A model generated the notes under the pieces. It searched no databases and was not told the origin of the DNA. It saw only the letters and a program-made list of their open reading frames with translations. From Octopus sinensis (lineage: Eukaryota): a stretch of 64,000 bases of DNA. Position 1 is the stretch's first letter. The number at the start of each line of letters is the position of its first letter. Shown in pieces: positions 1 through 11,841 of the stretch. The stretch is from assembly GCF_006345805.1 (NCBI RefSeq), contig NC_043014.1, positions 31,806,001 through 31,870,000 on the forward strand, given 5' to 3'. Both the position numbers and the translations under genes were made by a program.

Positions 1-470
1 CTCACCCACCCCACACCCCATGAAAGCATATCTGGGAAGTTCACTGTTTGATAGATCGGAAGATTATTACCTTGTTTGGATACAATGAGAGGGTGTCATC
101 AAGAAGGGTATCTGCTTGTAGAAAATTCTATTTCAACAAAGTCTTGCCTAATCTATGCAAGCAAAGAAAAGAAGACATTAAAATGATGATGATGATGATG
201 CTGATGATAATGATGATACTATGTGACATCAGTATTCAAATATGTTTACTTTCCTTTTTTGAAGGAGATACAGATTTTAAAAAATAAATTTTTTTATGTA
301 ATTTTAAATAAAAACTTTTTTTTTCGTATCCTGTAAAAAAAGTTCCATCTTCCTCAGAGTTGAACCTTTGGTATACATCATCTTTCAAAATTAAATTCAG
401 GCAAAAGATTTTACTGTTGGCATCTCTCTTTTTCTCCCCCTCTCTCTCTCCCTCCACATCTCTCTCTCAC

Positions 471-509
<39 letters not shown>

Positions 510-729
510 TCATCATCATCATCGTTTAGCGTCCGTTTTACGATGATGATGATGATGATGATAGAGAGAGAGAGAGAGAGAGAGAGAAATAGTGAGAGAG
601 AGATGTGGAGGGAGAATATATATATATATTATTAATAGTTAGGGAATGTAATAATTCCCAGCCAACAGGAAAAAAAAAATTCAATTTAGCACACTAGATC
701 AAAATTTCAATATATATATATATATATAA

Positions 730-1290
730 ATGGAGTTTAACGCAGGTATAAATCAAATACTTTTACTTTCGACACCTGTTTCGAAGATTTCACTGATATT
801 ATTCAAAAGAATAAATGGTATAAAACCATGCAATCTTCTCTTCAGGGAAGTGAAAAAACGAAACTCGTCAATAAGACAGTTTAGCAAAAAATGATGGATA
901 TGTATAGTGATTTACTGAATGCTATTAATATTGTTTGAAAAAATGTTATATGATATAACATCAGAAGTAGCTTACAGAAAGAGTAGGGATATTAATAGTG
1001 AATGTTAAATATAAAGGAAATTAATGTTTAAATTATATATAATGATAGAGATTACTTATATGCACTAAAGGTGTATTTTTGCCAATGTTTATATCAGTAT
1101 GCATGCTCTATAATCGTGTTTACTAGGGGATTTTTAGAAAAAATACTGAAAAATAGTTCAGAATTACAGAGAAGACAGAATTCCTTGCCTTTGTCATAAG
1201 GTATCGGGATTGAGAGAATCAACCATTCTAAATTAAATTGTTCATTGTGGTCTTTTAGATCCCAAATTAATTAAATAAGGCAAAAATACA
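730..1290 (-). mobile_element. Penelope-like element 3' end (GIY-YIG C-terminal Zn-finger remnant plus pLTR), family HH-A
   Basis: Minus strand translates to WLILSIPIPYDKGKEFCLLCNSELFFSIFSKNPLVNTIIEHAY*YKHWQK, matching the W..Y..CxLC..E..LN..E..C(R/K)H end of PLE ORFs. It is followed by a hammerhead, and is homologous to 57975-58680 and 60575-61180. Confidence 0.7.
765..851 (-). ncRNA. Type I hammerhead ribozyme motif with long branched stem II
   Basis: Minus strand reads ACTTCC-CTGAAGA-GAAGATT...AATCTTC-GAAA-C-AGGT-GTC-GAAAGT. Core CUGANGA/GAAA/GUC is intact, stem II has 7 bp, and stem I has 5 of 6 bp. Confidence 0.75.
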
Positions 1291-1414
1291 CTCATCTATA
1301 TATCTATATATATATATATATATATATAATTTAGTGACAAACCGCTATTTAGTTGGTTACTATAGATAAAATCGGTTCACTATTGATAGAATAACTAAAT
1401 AGTGGTTTATCTCT

Positions 1415-1472
<58 letters not shown>

Positions 1473-1719
1473 TATCATCAACATTGTTTAACATCCACCT
1501 TCCATACTGGCATTGAGGGGATGGTTTTGATAAGAGCTGGCCAGGCAGAAGCCTGCTCCAAACTTCTGTAACTGTTTTGGCAGGATTTTTACAGCTGGAT
1601 GCCCTTCCTAACACCAACCCCTCAGCATACATACATACATACATACATACATACATACATACATACATACATACATACATGCATACATTATATAAGCACT
1701 ATTCTAAAGTGATTGATGC

Positions 1720-1916
1720 CCGGCTTGCCTGACTGGCTCCTGTGCTGGTGACATGAAAGAAGCACCCACTACAGTCTTGGAGTGGTTGGCGTTAGGAAGG
1801 GCATCCAGCTTTAGAAACATTGCCAGATCAGATTGGAGCCTAGTGCAGCCGCTGGCTCTCCAGGCCCCAGTCAAACCGTCCAACCCATGCCAGCATGCAA
1901 AATGGACGTTAAATGA

Positions 1917-1935
<19 letters not shown>
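1720..1935 (+). mobile_element. RTE LINE 3'-tail copy (truncated LINE or RTE-tailed SINE)
   Basis: Matches 13800-13998 (gagtggttggcgttaggaagggcatccagc...aacccatgccagcatg...gacgttaaa(tga)n). Confidence 0.75.
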
Positions 1936-1950
<15 letters not shown>

Positions 1951-2059
1951 GGTGGTGGTGGTGGTGGTGGTGATGATGATGTATATTTATAAGAAAATAA
2001 AGTGATTAAAAAATTCAGGCAGATATCAATAAAACACTGTTTTAAATGAATTTGGTTAA

Positions 2060-3050
2060 TCATACTAAACAATCAGACACCAATAAATGCAAGTAGAATA
2101 TACATTCAAGGTAATTCCTCATGTATGTCAAGTAGATCCAAATATCATTTAGAAGAATTTCAAGAAATTCAGAGTATTGAACAACAAAAATACACACAGA
2201 GAAAATCACACGTTTACTGTAGAATTCCCCTTATAAAGCCAACAATTGTTTCTATTGTGTTAACATATTTATATATTGAAGATATCATTGAAATTAATAT
2301 TTCTGAAAATCTCTCTATATATAAACGGCAGTTTGTCTGTGTGTGTTTCTGTGTGTCTGTTAGGTTGTACCCTCACCCTGACCACGGCTTTCAACCGATT
2401 CTGATGAAACTTGACACACACATAGCCCAATGTCATAATTCAAAACTAACACAGCAAAAATTTTGAAAAGTTCCCCCAGTTCTGAAAAAAATCGATAAAT
2501 TCGACATGGGGTCGAGAATCAGAAACACAAACCACAGACTGCCTAGGGGATGCAACTCGATCTTTTTAACTAAAAAAAAAAATTTACCATCATTTTTTTT
2601 ACAACTTTTGGCTATAACTCTCTAAAAATGCTTTATAGTTATTTCCCTTACAAACCCGAGCAACGCCGGGCGATACTGCTAGTATATGATAAAACAATGT
2701 TTTCAAGGTGATTCAAAATTAATTAAATTCAAAGTGAATTAAGGATATATTTCCAGTACATGAATGCTTATAAAAAGAATACGAAAAAGAAATATAATCT
2801 AAGAAATTTTTGTATTCAACTACTGGTGACGTCAGTGGATAACAAAAGAATAAAAGATAAGCATAAGAATTCTACATTACAACAATTAGAAACATAGAGA
2901 TTCTATGTCATGACAATTAGGTACCTATTTATTAAATATAGTAAACTGTTTCAGAAAAAAATTATGCTTGAAATTTAGCTGAGATTATAGCAGCACACAA
3001 CAAACAGAGAATCAAGGAATATCTCAACTTTAAATCTGTAAACAAGAGTA
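2060..3050 (+). mobile_element. Highly decayed Penelope-like RT/linker relic, split by a Helitron
   Basis: Broken frames give KQSDTNK..ISFRRISRNSE and NLAEIIAAHNKQR, resembling the PLE N.ASII.SHNKK motif. 2060-2190 is similar to the reverse complement of about 59750-59880. Confidence 0.35.
2310..2682 (+). mobile_element. Non-autonomous Helitron
   Basis: Starts with TC (TCTCTCTATATATAAACGG), has a subterminal hairpin CCCG-agcaacgc-CGGG, ends in CTAG, and is inserted between A2309 and T2683. Confidence 0.8.
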
Positions 3051-3198
3051 AAATAGATGTTGTGTATTGTGAAATTAACTCTAAAGTTAGTTTTCCTGAA
3101 GTAGGTTTCAATTCTTTAGGTAATCCTGACTCTGATAATACAGTTATTGTCTATTTCAATATTAATTATAATAAAAAATCCTGCCTTAGCACCCACAC

Positions 3199-3279
<81 letters not shown>

Positions 3280-3467
3280 CACACACATACACAATAAGAA
3301 ATAAAGGGGATTAATAAATCTTTACAGTGAATTCTATTAAAGTTATTTAAGGGCCAGGTGGTGGTGTTAATCCAAGTAAAAGATAAGTTAAGTCTATCAA
3401 TCAAGAACTCAGAATGCAGAAAACTGGAACATATATCACTGCAAAACATGTCTTCCGGTGTTTTCAG

Positions 3468-3525
3468 TCAGTCAACAATCCTTTGAAGTGTTCAAATAAC
3501 CAATTGCAACCGATCAGGGTTCATG
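3468..3525 (+). CDS. Candidate internal exon (SVNNPLKCSNNQLQPIRVH)
   Basis: Acceptor tcttccggtgttttcag, donor ATG|GTATGC, one open frame, non-repetitive island. No homology recognised. Confidence 0.15.
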
Positions 3526-4507
3526 GTATGCATTGTACTATTCATTCTTCCAATTGCTGAATACTAAACGTGGCCTATTAGACCTCAGTTCAGGTCACAT
3601 TTTTATATTTAGTGATTGAAAGGGTGAAGTGTTTTGCTCAAGAACGCAACACACAAAACCTGGTCTGAGAATTGAAACCACGATCCCTAACCACTGAGTT
3701 ACATGCTTTCACACATTATTGAATAACCATCGACACTCTTGAATTCCTCTGAGTTTTGATCTGGTTTTGTTTGTCAGCCTGCAACATATCCAAAAAATCA
3801 CTTTCCTCACTAAGCAAGCTTGTTGAGGTTACTGATTTTATTGCCAATGACCTGACCATATGACAGGTTGTGCTGGGTTGCACATTACTAATAGCACATG
3901 AGAGTGACCTGACATTGTGCTTTAGCAATTCTGCCAATCCCTTCCGCTGGACGAGAATGTTGTTTAGTTGACTGAAAGGACAAAAGGCAAAGTCGATATT
4001 AGCAAGATTTGATCTCAGCACTTAGAATTCCTATGCAAATAGTGTAAAGTAACTTCTCTTACACTCTAACAAACAGCCAACCCACCATGCAGTTGGTAGG
4101 GTTAGCAGCGATGGTGGTGATGTAAAATATGGTTTCAAATTTTGGCACAAGGCCAGCAACTTCAGTGAGTGGGTGCGAGTCAATTACATTGATCCCAGTG
4201 ATTAAGTGGTACTTAATATATTGACCCCCAAAGGGTCGATGTAAAGACAGACTAAATGCTATGAAGCATTTTGCCCGGCATGCTGATGATCTTGCCAGGT
4301 CCCCACCTTAGTGGTGGAAAATAATGTTAATTAATTGCTTGGGGTAAGGAGAGTCCTGAGATGGCGAATCAGAAAAAAAAAATGACTGCAGCAATATAAG
4401 CCAATTTTTTGTATGAATTATTATTATAAGCAGTCTACTTGTTCCACACGCATACACACACACATGCACACACACACAAACACACACACGCAAACACACA
4501 CGCACAC

Positions 4508-4736
4508 TTAATTCTTTATTGCCCACAAGGGGCTAAGCATAGAGGGGACAAACAACGACAGACAAAAGGATTAAGTCAATTACATCGACCCCAGTGTGTA
4601 ACTGGTACTTATTTAATCGACCCTGAAAGGATGAAAGGCAAAGTCGACCTTGGCGGAATTTGAACTCAGAATGTAACGGCAGATGAAATACCGCTAAGTA
4701 CTTCACCTGGCATGCTAATGTTTCTGCCAGCTCGCC
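4508..4736 (-). mobile_element. tRNA-headed SINE family B, full length
   Basis: Reverse complement of GGCGAGCTGGCAGAAAC..GAGTTCAAATTCC (B box)..AATAAAGAA; same family as 45652-45882. Confidence 0.8.
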
Positions 4737-5147
4737 ACACACACATACATACACGTACACAATTACATACACACACGTACACACATACACACACATATAC
4801 ACTAACATGTCCACAAACACCTATACACACACACACACACACACACAATTTACCCACCTGCAGAATTCGCTCTGGTACTTAAGTACAAATAAATAAATAT
4901 CTATTGTTTGTTGATTGTAGCCATTGATTTAAGTATTTAACTAAAATTAGGGGGATCAGGGAAGGATTAAGGGATAGAGGAACAATCGGATGTTTTAACA
5001 TGAAATTGTTATCATGAGAGGCAACATTCCTTTGGGGAAGTAGCAATGAGAATAGTCACATGAATTATTATGAGCCAAATGAACCATCAGAGAAGCCTCT
5101 ATTTCATTGCTTGATCTGTTAGAAATAACAGCTAAATCACACACACA

Positions 5148-5180
<33 letters not shown>

Positions 5181-5289
5181 ATATTAACTTAAAAGATAAT
5201 GCAATTTTAGGTATTCTGTCTGAGACAAGAAAATGGGATGGTCCTGGCTGACATGCCTTTGATTGAAGATCAGTTCATTCAAAGCTCAT

Positions 5290-5565
5290 ATGAAGCTGAA
5301 CAACAGCAATGACAAGGACAGCTACAATAACAACAACAAAAACAACCTTACCACTACCACCACCACCACCACCAGCACCACCAGCACCACCAGCACCACC
5401 ACCAGCACCACCACCACCACCACCAGCACCACCAGCACCACCACCAGCACCACCGCTGTTGCTGTCGCCATCACCACCACTAGCAACAACAACAACACCC
5501 ACATCATCAACAATGACAACTTTAACATCACCACCACCACCACCACCACAACAACAACAACAATC
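5290..5565. repeat. Compound (CAA/CAC/CAG)n trinucleotide repeat
   Basis: Direct inspection; explains the poly-T/P/G/V ORFs. Confidence 0.9.
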
Positions 5566-6049
5566 TAATCTCTGTACACTTCAGCAATCAGTAATTACTT
5601 CAATTCATCAACAGGAGTGTCAGCATAACACTAATCAACAACCAATAAGGTAGTATATCCCTGTTTACTTACCTTTACCACAATACACTAGTATCGACAG
5701 GTATGGTCACCAAAGCTAAACTATATCACCAGATGGTGGTCTTAGCGAGATTACGATTGAGATCATAGTTATTAAAGCAATTAATCATCAATGTCATCAA
5801 TTAAACATTTTCATCACCAGATCTCTTCTGGACCTCTCACCACTACTAGTCAGGTCATTTAAATACTAACATCACCAGATCCCTTACTAAAAATAGTACC
5901 ATTGCCATCACCTGATAACCTGCTCAGAATCCCTATCGAAAATAATCAGGGCATCTTCTAACCCTTTAGTGTTTAAAGTGGCCATATCCAGTCAAAATAT
6001 TCTACTTGTTTTATGTTCAAAACAACCAGATCTGGCATCTCACACCTAC

Positions 6050-6275
6050 CCTGCCATGCTAGTGTCGCCTGACTATCTCCTGTGCCAGTGGCATGTAAAA
6101 AGCACCTACTACACTCTCGGAGTGGTTAGCATTAGGAAGGGCATCCAGTTGTAGAAATCTTGCTAAATTAGATTGGAGCCTGGTGCAGCCTCCTGGCTTA
6201 CCAGTCCCTGGTCAAACCGTCCAACCCATGACAGCACGGAAAGCAGATGTTAAACGTTGACGATTATGATGACAT
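6050..6275 (+). mobile_element. RTE 3'-tail copy
   Basis: Similar to 13800-13998. Confidence 0.7.
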
Positions 6276-6499
6276 CATCGATATCTCAAAGCTTCAATAT
6301 AATGTGAGATGAACTCAAAGCAATGGGAATAAATAAGCATTAAACAAGAAATAGTAATCTGAATGCTACAGGCTAAACCCCTGTATCACCATACACTCAC
6401 TCTAGAAAATGTCCTGATCTGATTGATCCCTATAGAGTGTGTGTGTGTGTTTGTGTGGAGGGGTGGGAACCACTACTAAGTAAGCATCACTTGATCCCT

Positions 6500-6710
6500 A
6501 CACTGGCAGAATTGTTAGCATGCTGGGCAAAATGTTTAGTGGCATTTCATCCACCTTTATGTTTTGAGTTCAAATTCTACTGAAGACGACTTTGCCTTGC
6601 ATACTTTCAGATCGATAAAATAAGAACCAGTTGATCACTGGGGGGGGGGGGGCGATGTAATTAATTTACCCCTCCCCCAAATTGCTGGCATTGCTATTTG
6701 AAACCATTGA
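6500..6710 (+). mobile_element. SINE family B, diverged copy
   Basis: ctggcagaattgttagcatgctgggcaaaatg..gagttcaaattc..gactttgcc. Confidence 0.7.
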
Positions 6711-7229
6711 TTTATGCCACCACAACCATCACCACCACCACCACCACAACCACCATCATGACAACTACCACTACTAACACTAACAACAATATCATTTTAC
6801 ACCACCAAGGTGATGAGCTTGCTGAGCAAAAATGATTAGCTGCATTTTGTCCATTTTTATGTTCTAAGCTTCTGCTGGAGTCAACTTTGGCTTTCTTCTC
6901 TTTGGATCCTTCCTGCTGAGTTTGACTTTGGCTTGAATCTTTTTAGAGTTGATAAAATAAGTACCAGTTCAGCACTGGGTTTGGAGTAATTGGCCACCAA
7001 TATTACCAGATTCCTAACTTAAATAACACCATCAACAGATGACACAACAAGTAGGGGCAATATCCTGCCACCAGCCATGCCTCCCTCAAAAATATGGCAA
7101 CATCAGACACTAGATCTAAATACCATCAGTCACAGTACTGGTTCCCCTCTCTCTAAACAAGACACTTCCATTAATACACAGTTTCACTTGACATAGCTAT
7201 TGCTAAGTATTCACCATCAAATATATGAG

Positions 7230-7470
7230 CTTGAAAACAAAATGCAAAGGATGAAGATGATCTATAAATTTGACTGTAAAACCGAAAGTGGTAAACTTTG
7301 GGACACTAACTGTTATATTGGGTGGACCAGTACAACAATCTGTTGCAGATTCACTATGGACTTGTAACATGAAGTTATTTCACAACATTACACCATGCAC
7401 CACAAAATGAAATTAGTTAGGAAAATGCTGGGGGAAAATAGTAACATATATACTATCCTACACAAAAACA
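7230..7470 (+). mobile_element. Penelope-like GIY-YIG endonuclease relic
   Basis: IYKFDCKTESGKLWDTNCYIGWTSTTICCRFTM then HHKMKLVRKMLGENSNIYTILHKNRRL, resembling PLE Y.F.C..YIG.T.TTL.RRLTMH. Confidence 0.55.
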
Positions 7471-7529
7471 GAAGGTTAGTTATGGAAACCACACTCATAT
7501 TTCAATGGGTTAGTCCACATTACTTTGTA

Positions 7530-7750
7530 AGGAGCATAGGGTCTGTTTCCTGGTTTCTTTGGTGTATATATTTCTCCATGGATGGGAGACTGGTCTGTTA
7601 CAGGATTACTCATTTTTACCAGCTGAGTGAACTGGAGCAAAGTGAAATGAAGCATTTTGCTCAAGGACACAATGCATTGCTCAGTCCAGGAATTGAAACC
7701 ACAATTTTACAATCATGAGTCAAACACCCAAACCACAAAGCTATGTGTCT
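7530..7750 (-). mobile_element. tRNA-headed SINE family C
   Basis: Reverse complement contains gtttcaattcctgga..tgtccttgagcaaaatgcttcatttcac..gctccagttcactcagctgg. Confidence 0.65.
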
Positions 7751-7914
7751 CATAACAACGTCATTTTTTTCATGTAGTATGAAACCAATTGATAAGATTG
7801 ACTACAATAGGTACAATGTACTGTACACCTCAATTAATATAACTACTTTATTGACACTTTATGAGTGCATATTTTTTTTTGATTTATGGTTTCTTAGATG
7901 ATATATATATATAT

Positions 7915-8130
7915 ATAGTTAACCCAAACAAGAAAACACAAATAAACAAAAAACACAACAACGGCGAGGACGTGGAACAAATAAAGTATTATTGGACGCT
8001 CAGGAAAGAAGGGAAGAAGGAGGGTTTAACGTTTCGAGCGGAGCTCTTCGTCGGAAACATAGGAGAAGGAAAGATCCCGAGAAGGGAAGACAGAGGAAAA
8101 AAATCGCCAGCGGTACTCACGAGGTCACAT
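7915..8130 (-). mobile_element. PLE-type pLTR repeat, family HH-B
   Basis: Near-identical to 9699-9915 and homologous in inverted orientation to 8170-8385; carries a minimal hammerhead. Confidence 0.65.
8024..8058 (-). ncRNA. Minimal type I hammerhead-like motif
   Basis: GTTT-CCGACGA-A-GAGC tcc GCTC-GAA-ACGT-T-AAAC: 4-bp stem I, 4-bp stem II, palindromic ACGU stem III. U4 is C and there is an extra A after A9. Confidence 0.6.
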
Positions 8131-8169
8131 ATATATAAATATATATTTACCACCCACCTCATATGCATA

Positions 8170-8385
8170 CATATGCAATTTAACTGCATGTGGTCTATTG
8201 CCGATTTCTTCTTCTCTTTCTTCTTCAGACTTTTTCCTTTCTTGTTTCAGATGAAGAGCTATGCTCAAAACATTAAACTCTCTCCTTTCACCCAGCATCA
8301 AGCTAATATACTTCTTGTGCACGTCCTCATGTTTGTCCTTTTTCTTGTTTTTGTTTTTTATTTTTTTGCTTATTTGAATTAACTT
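8170..8385 (+). mobile_element. Diverged family HH-B pLTR copy, head-to-head with 7915-8130
   Basis: Contains GTTT-CAGATGA-A-GAGC tat GCTC-AAAACAT-T-AAAC at 8244-8278 (degenerate core). Confidence 0.6.
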
Positions 8386-8519
8386 TTTACTACATGCTTA
8401 CATGGACTGTCCTCTCTCCTTCAGACTGTTTTGGAGTACCTGTTTCATGGCTTTCTTACTTTACCCTCGGAGTACTTTACCTTTTAATTCATTCAGAGTA
8501 CATCGCTTCTGCATCTTGG

Positions 8520-8558
<39 letters not shown>

Positions 8559-8599
8559 CATGCAATTTTATTTAATTGAACAATCCAATCATTATGCCC

Positions 8600-8810
8600 T
8601 CATGCTGGTGTCACATAAAAGCACCCACTACACTCTGAGTGGTTGGTGTTAGGAAGGGCATCCAGCTGTAGAAACTCTGCCAGATCAAGATTGGAGCCTG
8701 GTGCAGCCATCTGGTTCGCCAGTTCTCAGTCAAATCGTCCAACCCATGCTACCATGGAAAGCGGATGTTAAACGATGATGATGATGATGAGGATGATGAT
8801 GATGACGATG
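8600..8810 (+). mobile_element. RTE 3'-tail copy
   Basis: Similar to 13800-13998; ends in (GAT)n. Confidence 0.75.
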
Positions 8811-9452
8811 ATATATATATATGTATAGATGTATGTTTGTGTATATGTATGTGTGCATGTGTGCATTTATGTGTATGTATTAGTGGAAAGATCTGGCACT
8901 TCTCAAAGTTTGTATTGATAATACAAGATTTAAATATATAATGGAAATAATATTTTAGGTTAATATTTTGTACTTTTGTAGACATATGTAAATAGACATA
9001 CAAACAATTGTCAAACAGAAAATTTTTTCTTATTTTGCTTTTTTTTTTATTACATGTTATTAATTTTGTAAAAATTGGCAGAATTTCTTTGTACATGTTT
9101 GTAATCCAGCCAAATTTGAACTATTCTCTCCTAAAATAGCAAATATTTAATTATTCCATTGCTCTCTTTAATTTTAATAATTATCTCGAAATCAAATTGA
9201 TTTCGTATGATTTTGTATGTCTTTCTGATCTGATTAAGCTGAATTTAAACTTTTGCTTCACTAAAATAGCAAAAATATAATTGTTCAATTGTTCCTTTAA
9301 TACTGCACTAGTCAATGTTAATAGATGCAATTATGTAAACAATGAATATTTTACTGTCTCGAGTCCACACAGGGAAAGAGAACAAATTATCTTATACACA
9401 ATAACCCACACATATTTTATTTACTGTAAGAGAACATGTAGATAACTTAGGT

Positions 9453-9955
9453 ATACTCTTTACTCTTTTACTTGTTTCAGTCATTTGACTGTGGCCATGC
9501 TGGAGCACCGCCTTTAGTCGAGCAAATCAACCCCAGGACTTATTCTTTGTAAGCCTAGTATTTATTCTATTGGTCTCTTTTGCCGAACCACTAAGTTACA
9601 GAGACATAAACAAACTAGCATCGGTTGTCGAGTGATGTTGGGGGGGGGGGGGACAAACAGACACACAAATATTTATACACACATGCATATATATATATAT
9701 AGTTAATCCAAACATGAAAACACAAAGAGAAAACACAACAACGTGAGGACGTGGAACAAATATAGTATTATTGGACGCTCAAGAAGGAAGGAAAGAAGGA
9801 GGATTTAACATTTCAAGCGGAGCTCTTCGTCGGAAACATAGGAGAAGGAAAGATCCAGAGAAGGGAAGACAGAGGAAAAAAATCACCAACGGTACACACG
9901 CGGTCACATTTTGAATGTGATATATATATATATATCACACAGACATATATATATA

Positions 9956-10033
<78 letters not shown>

Positions 10034-10238
10034 ATATATATACATATATACATGTATATATATATACATATATACGACGGGCTTCTTTCACTTTCTGTCT
10101 ATCAAATCCACTCACAAGGCTTTGTTCGGCCCAAGGCTATAGTAGAAGACACTTGCCCAAGGTTCCACGCAGTGGGACTGAACAGGGAACCATGTAGTTG
10201 TGAAGCAAGCTACTTACCACACAGCCACTCCTACGCCT
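9453..10238 (-). mobile_element. tRNA-headed SINE family A, interrupted in its central microsatellite
   Basis: Both halves match 42460-42858; the HH-B pLTR at 9699-9915 lies between them. Confidence 0.8.
9699..9915 (-). mobile_element. Family HH-B pLTR with hammerhead-like motif at 9803-9837
   Basis: GTTT-CCGACGA-AGAGC tcc GCTT-GAAATGT-T-AAAT; near-identical to 7915-8130. Confidence 0.65.
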
Positions 10239-10359
10239 ATAAACAATAGATTTTATAAACAATAGATGAGCATGTCAGCAAAAATGTACCTACAGGCATC
10301 AAGATGTAGCTAACTAATATACTGATTACCAACCTCCAGCCCTTTGATCAAAGCCTGTC

Positions 10360-10890
10360 ACAGCTATACTGATGATGATGATAATAATTATAATAATAAC
10401 AATAGTAATAATAATAATGATAATGATGTTGATGATGATGATGATGATGATGAAGATGATGATGATGAAGGCGATGATGATGATAATAATAATAATAATA
10501 ATAATAACAATAGTAATTATGATAATGATGATGATGATGATGATGATGAAGATGATATTAATAAATAATAATAATGGGTATGTGTGTATGCATGTGCATG
10601 TGTGTGTATGTGTGTGTATGTGTGCATATGTGTACATGGAAAAACTTCTGAATCAAAGAATCATAGATTCTTAGCAGAAACAATAAAACTTTTAAAATAT
10701 TGCAATCTCTCCCCCCTCCCATATATATATATATATATATACAGATATATACGTCTGTAAGTATGTTTGTATGTATGTATGTATGTATGTATGTATGTAT
10801 GTATGTATGTATGTGTATGTAGTATGTATGTATGATGTATGTATGTATATGTGTAGTATGTATGTGTATGCATGCATGTATGTATGTATG

Positions 10891-10921
<31 letters not shown>

Positions 10922-11215
10922 GTATGTAAGTATGTATGCTCACTCTCTCTCACACACAGATTACATATATATATAATACATATAGTTTAGATTTTGTTTT
11001 ACAAAATTCCTAACATATAGAAAATGCAAACTCAACCGAAATATGCCAAAATGTGAGATAACCGTTAAAATAGTTTCAGTCACATTCTCTGCTGGTCAAT
11101 AAATCAGTATAGCTGTGACAAGCTTTGATCAACCAGGTTTCATTTTCATCATCAAAAATGATCATACACGGAAAAGATGAAGGTTATAAATATACACAAA
11201 GGGAATAAATGTTAC

Positions 11216-11246
<31 letters not shown>

Positions 11247-11294
11247 CGTGTGTGTGTGTATGTATATATATATTATATATATACACACACACAG

Positions 11295-11326
<32 letters not shown>

Positions 11327-11340
11327 AAATATCCATATAC

Positions 11341-11405
<65 letters not shown>

Positions 11406-11533
11406 TATATATATATGTACACATACACACATACATATGCTAAAAAAAAAGGAGAATGGTACAGTTACGCTGAAAATGTAGTGGATGTTACAGAGATGAA
11501 CATAGCATGCTGTAATTTTCTTGGTGATGCATG

Positions 11534-11568
<35 letters not shown>

Positions 11569-11612
11569 TTGTTTATTTATTCATATATAAATGAAAACCA
11601 AGTAAGACAGAA

Positions 11613-11655
<43 letters not shown>

Positions 11656-11824
11656 TATATATATACATATGTATATATGTACATATATATATATATATGT
11701 ACATATATATATATACACACACATATATATATATATACATACATATATACACACACACACACACATATATATATACACACACACATAAATATATATATAC
11801 ATACATACATATATATATATATAT
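10360..11824. repeat. Microsatellite cluster (GAT, AAT, TATG, TA, CA)
   Basis: Direct inspection. Confidence 0.9.
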
Positions 11825-11841
11825 GAGTTAGTTTAGATGAG

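Noticed and set aside
60-160. Apparent minus-strand exon with AG/GT boundaries
   Set aside because: The sequence resembles a diverged RTE-tail repeat (tagaattttctaca..gatacccttc).
3716-4021. 101-aa minus-strand ORF
   Set aside because: Its start and putative acceptor derive from SINE-B (gactttgccttt..cctttc); no domain recognised and no convincing donor.
5040-5121. EKPLFHCLIC, resembling a C2H2 zinc-finger linker
   Set aside because: Stop codon immediately after the second Cys, and no further fingers.
5665-5760. Perfect minus-strand donor AAG|GTAAGT
   Set aside because: All three frames upstream contain stops near plausible acceptors.
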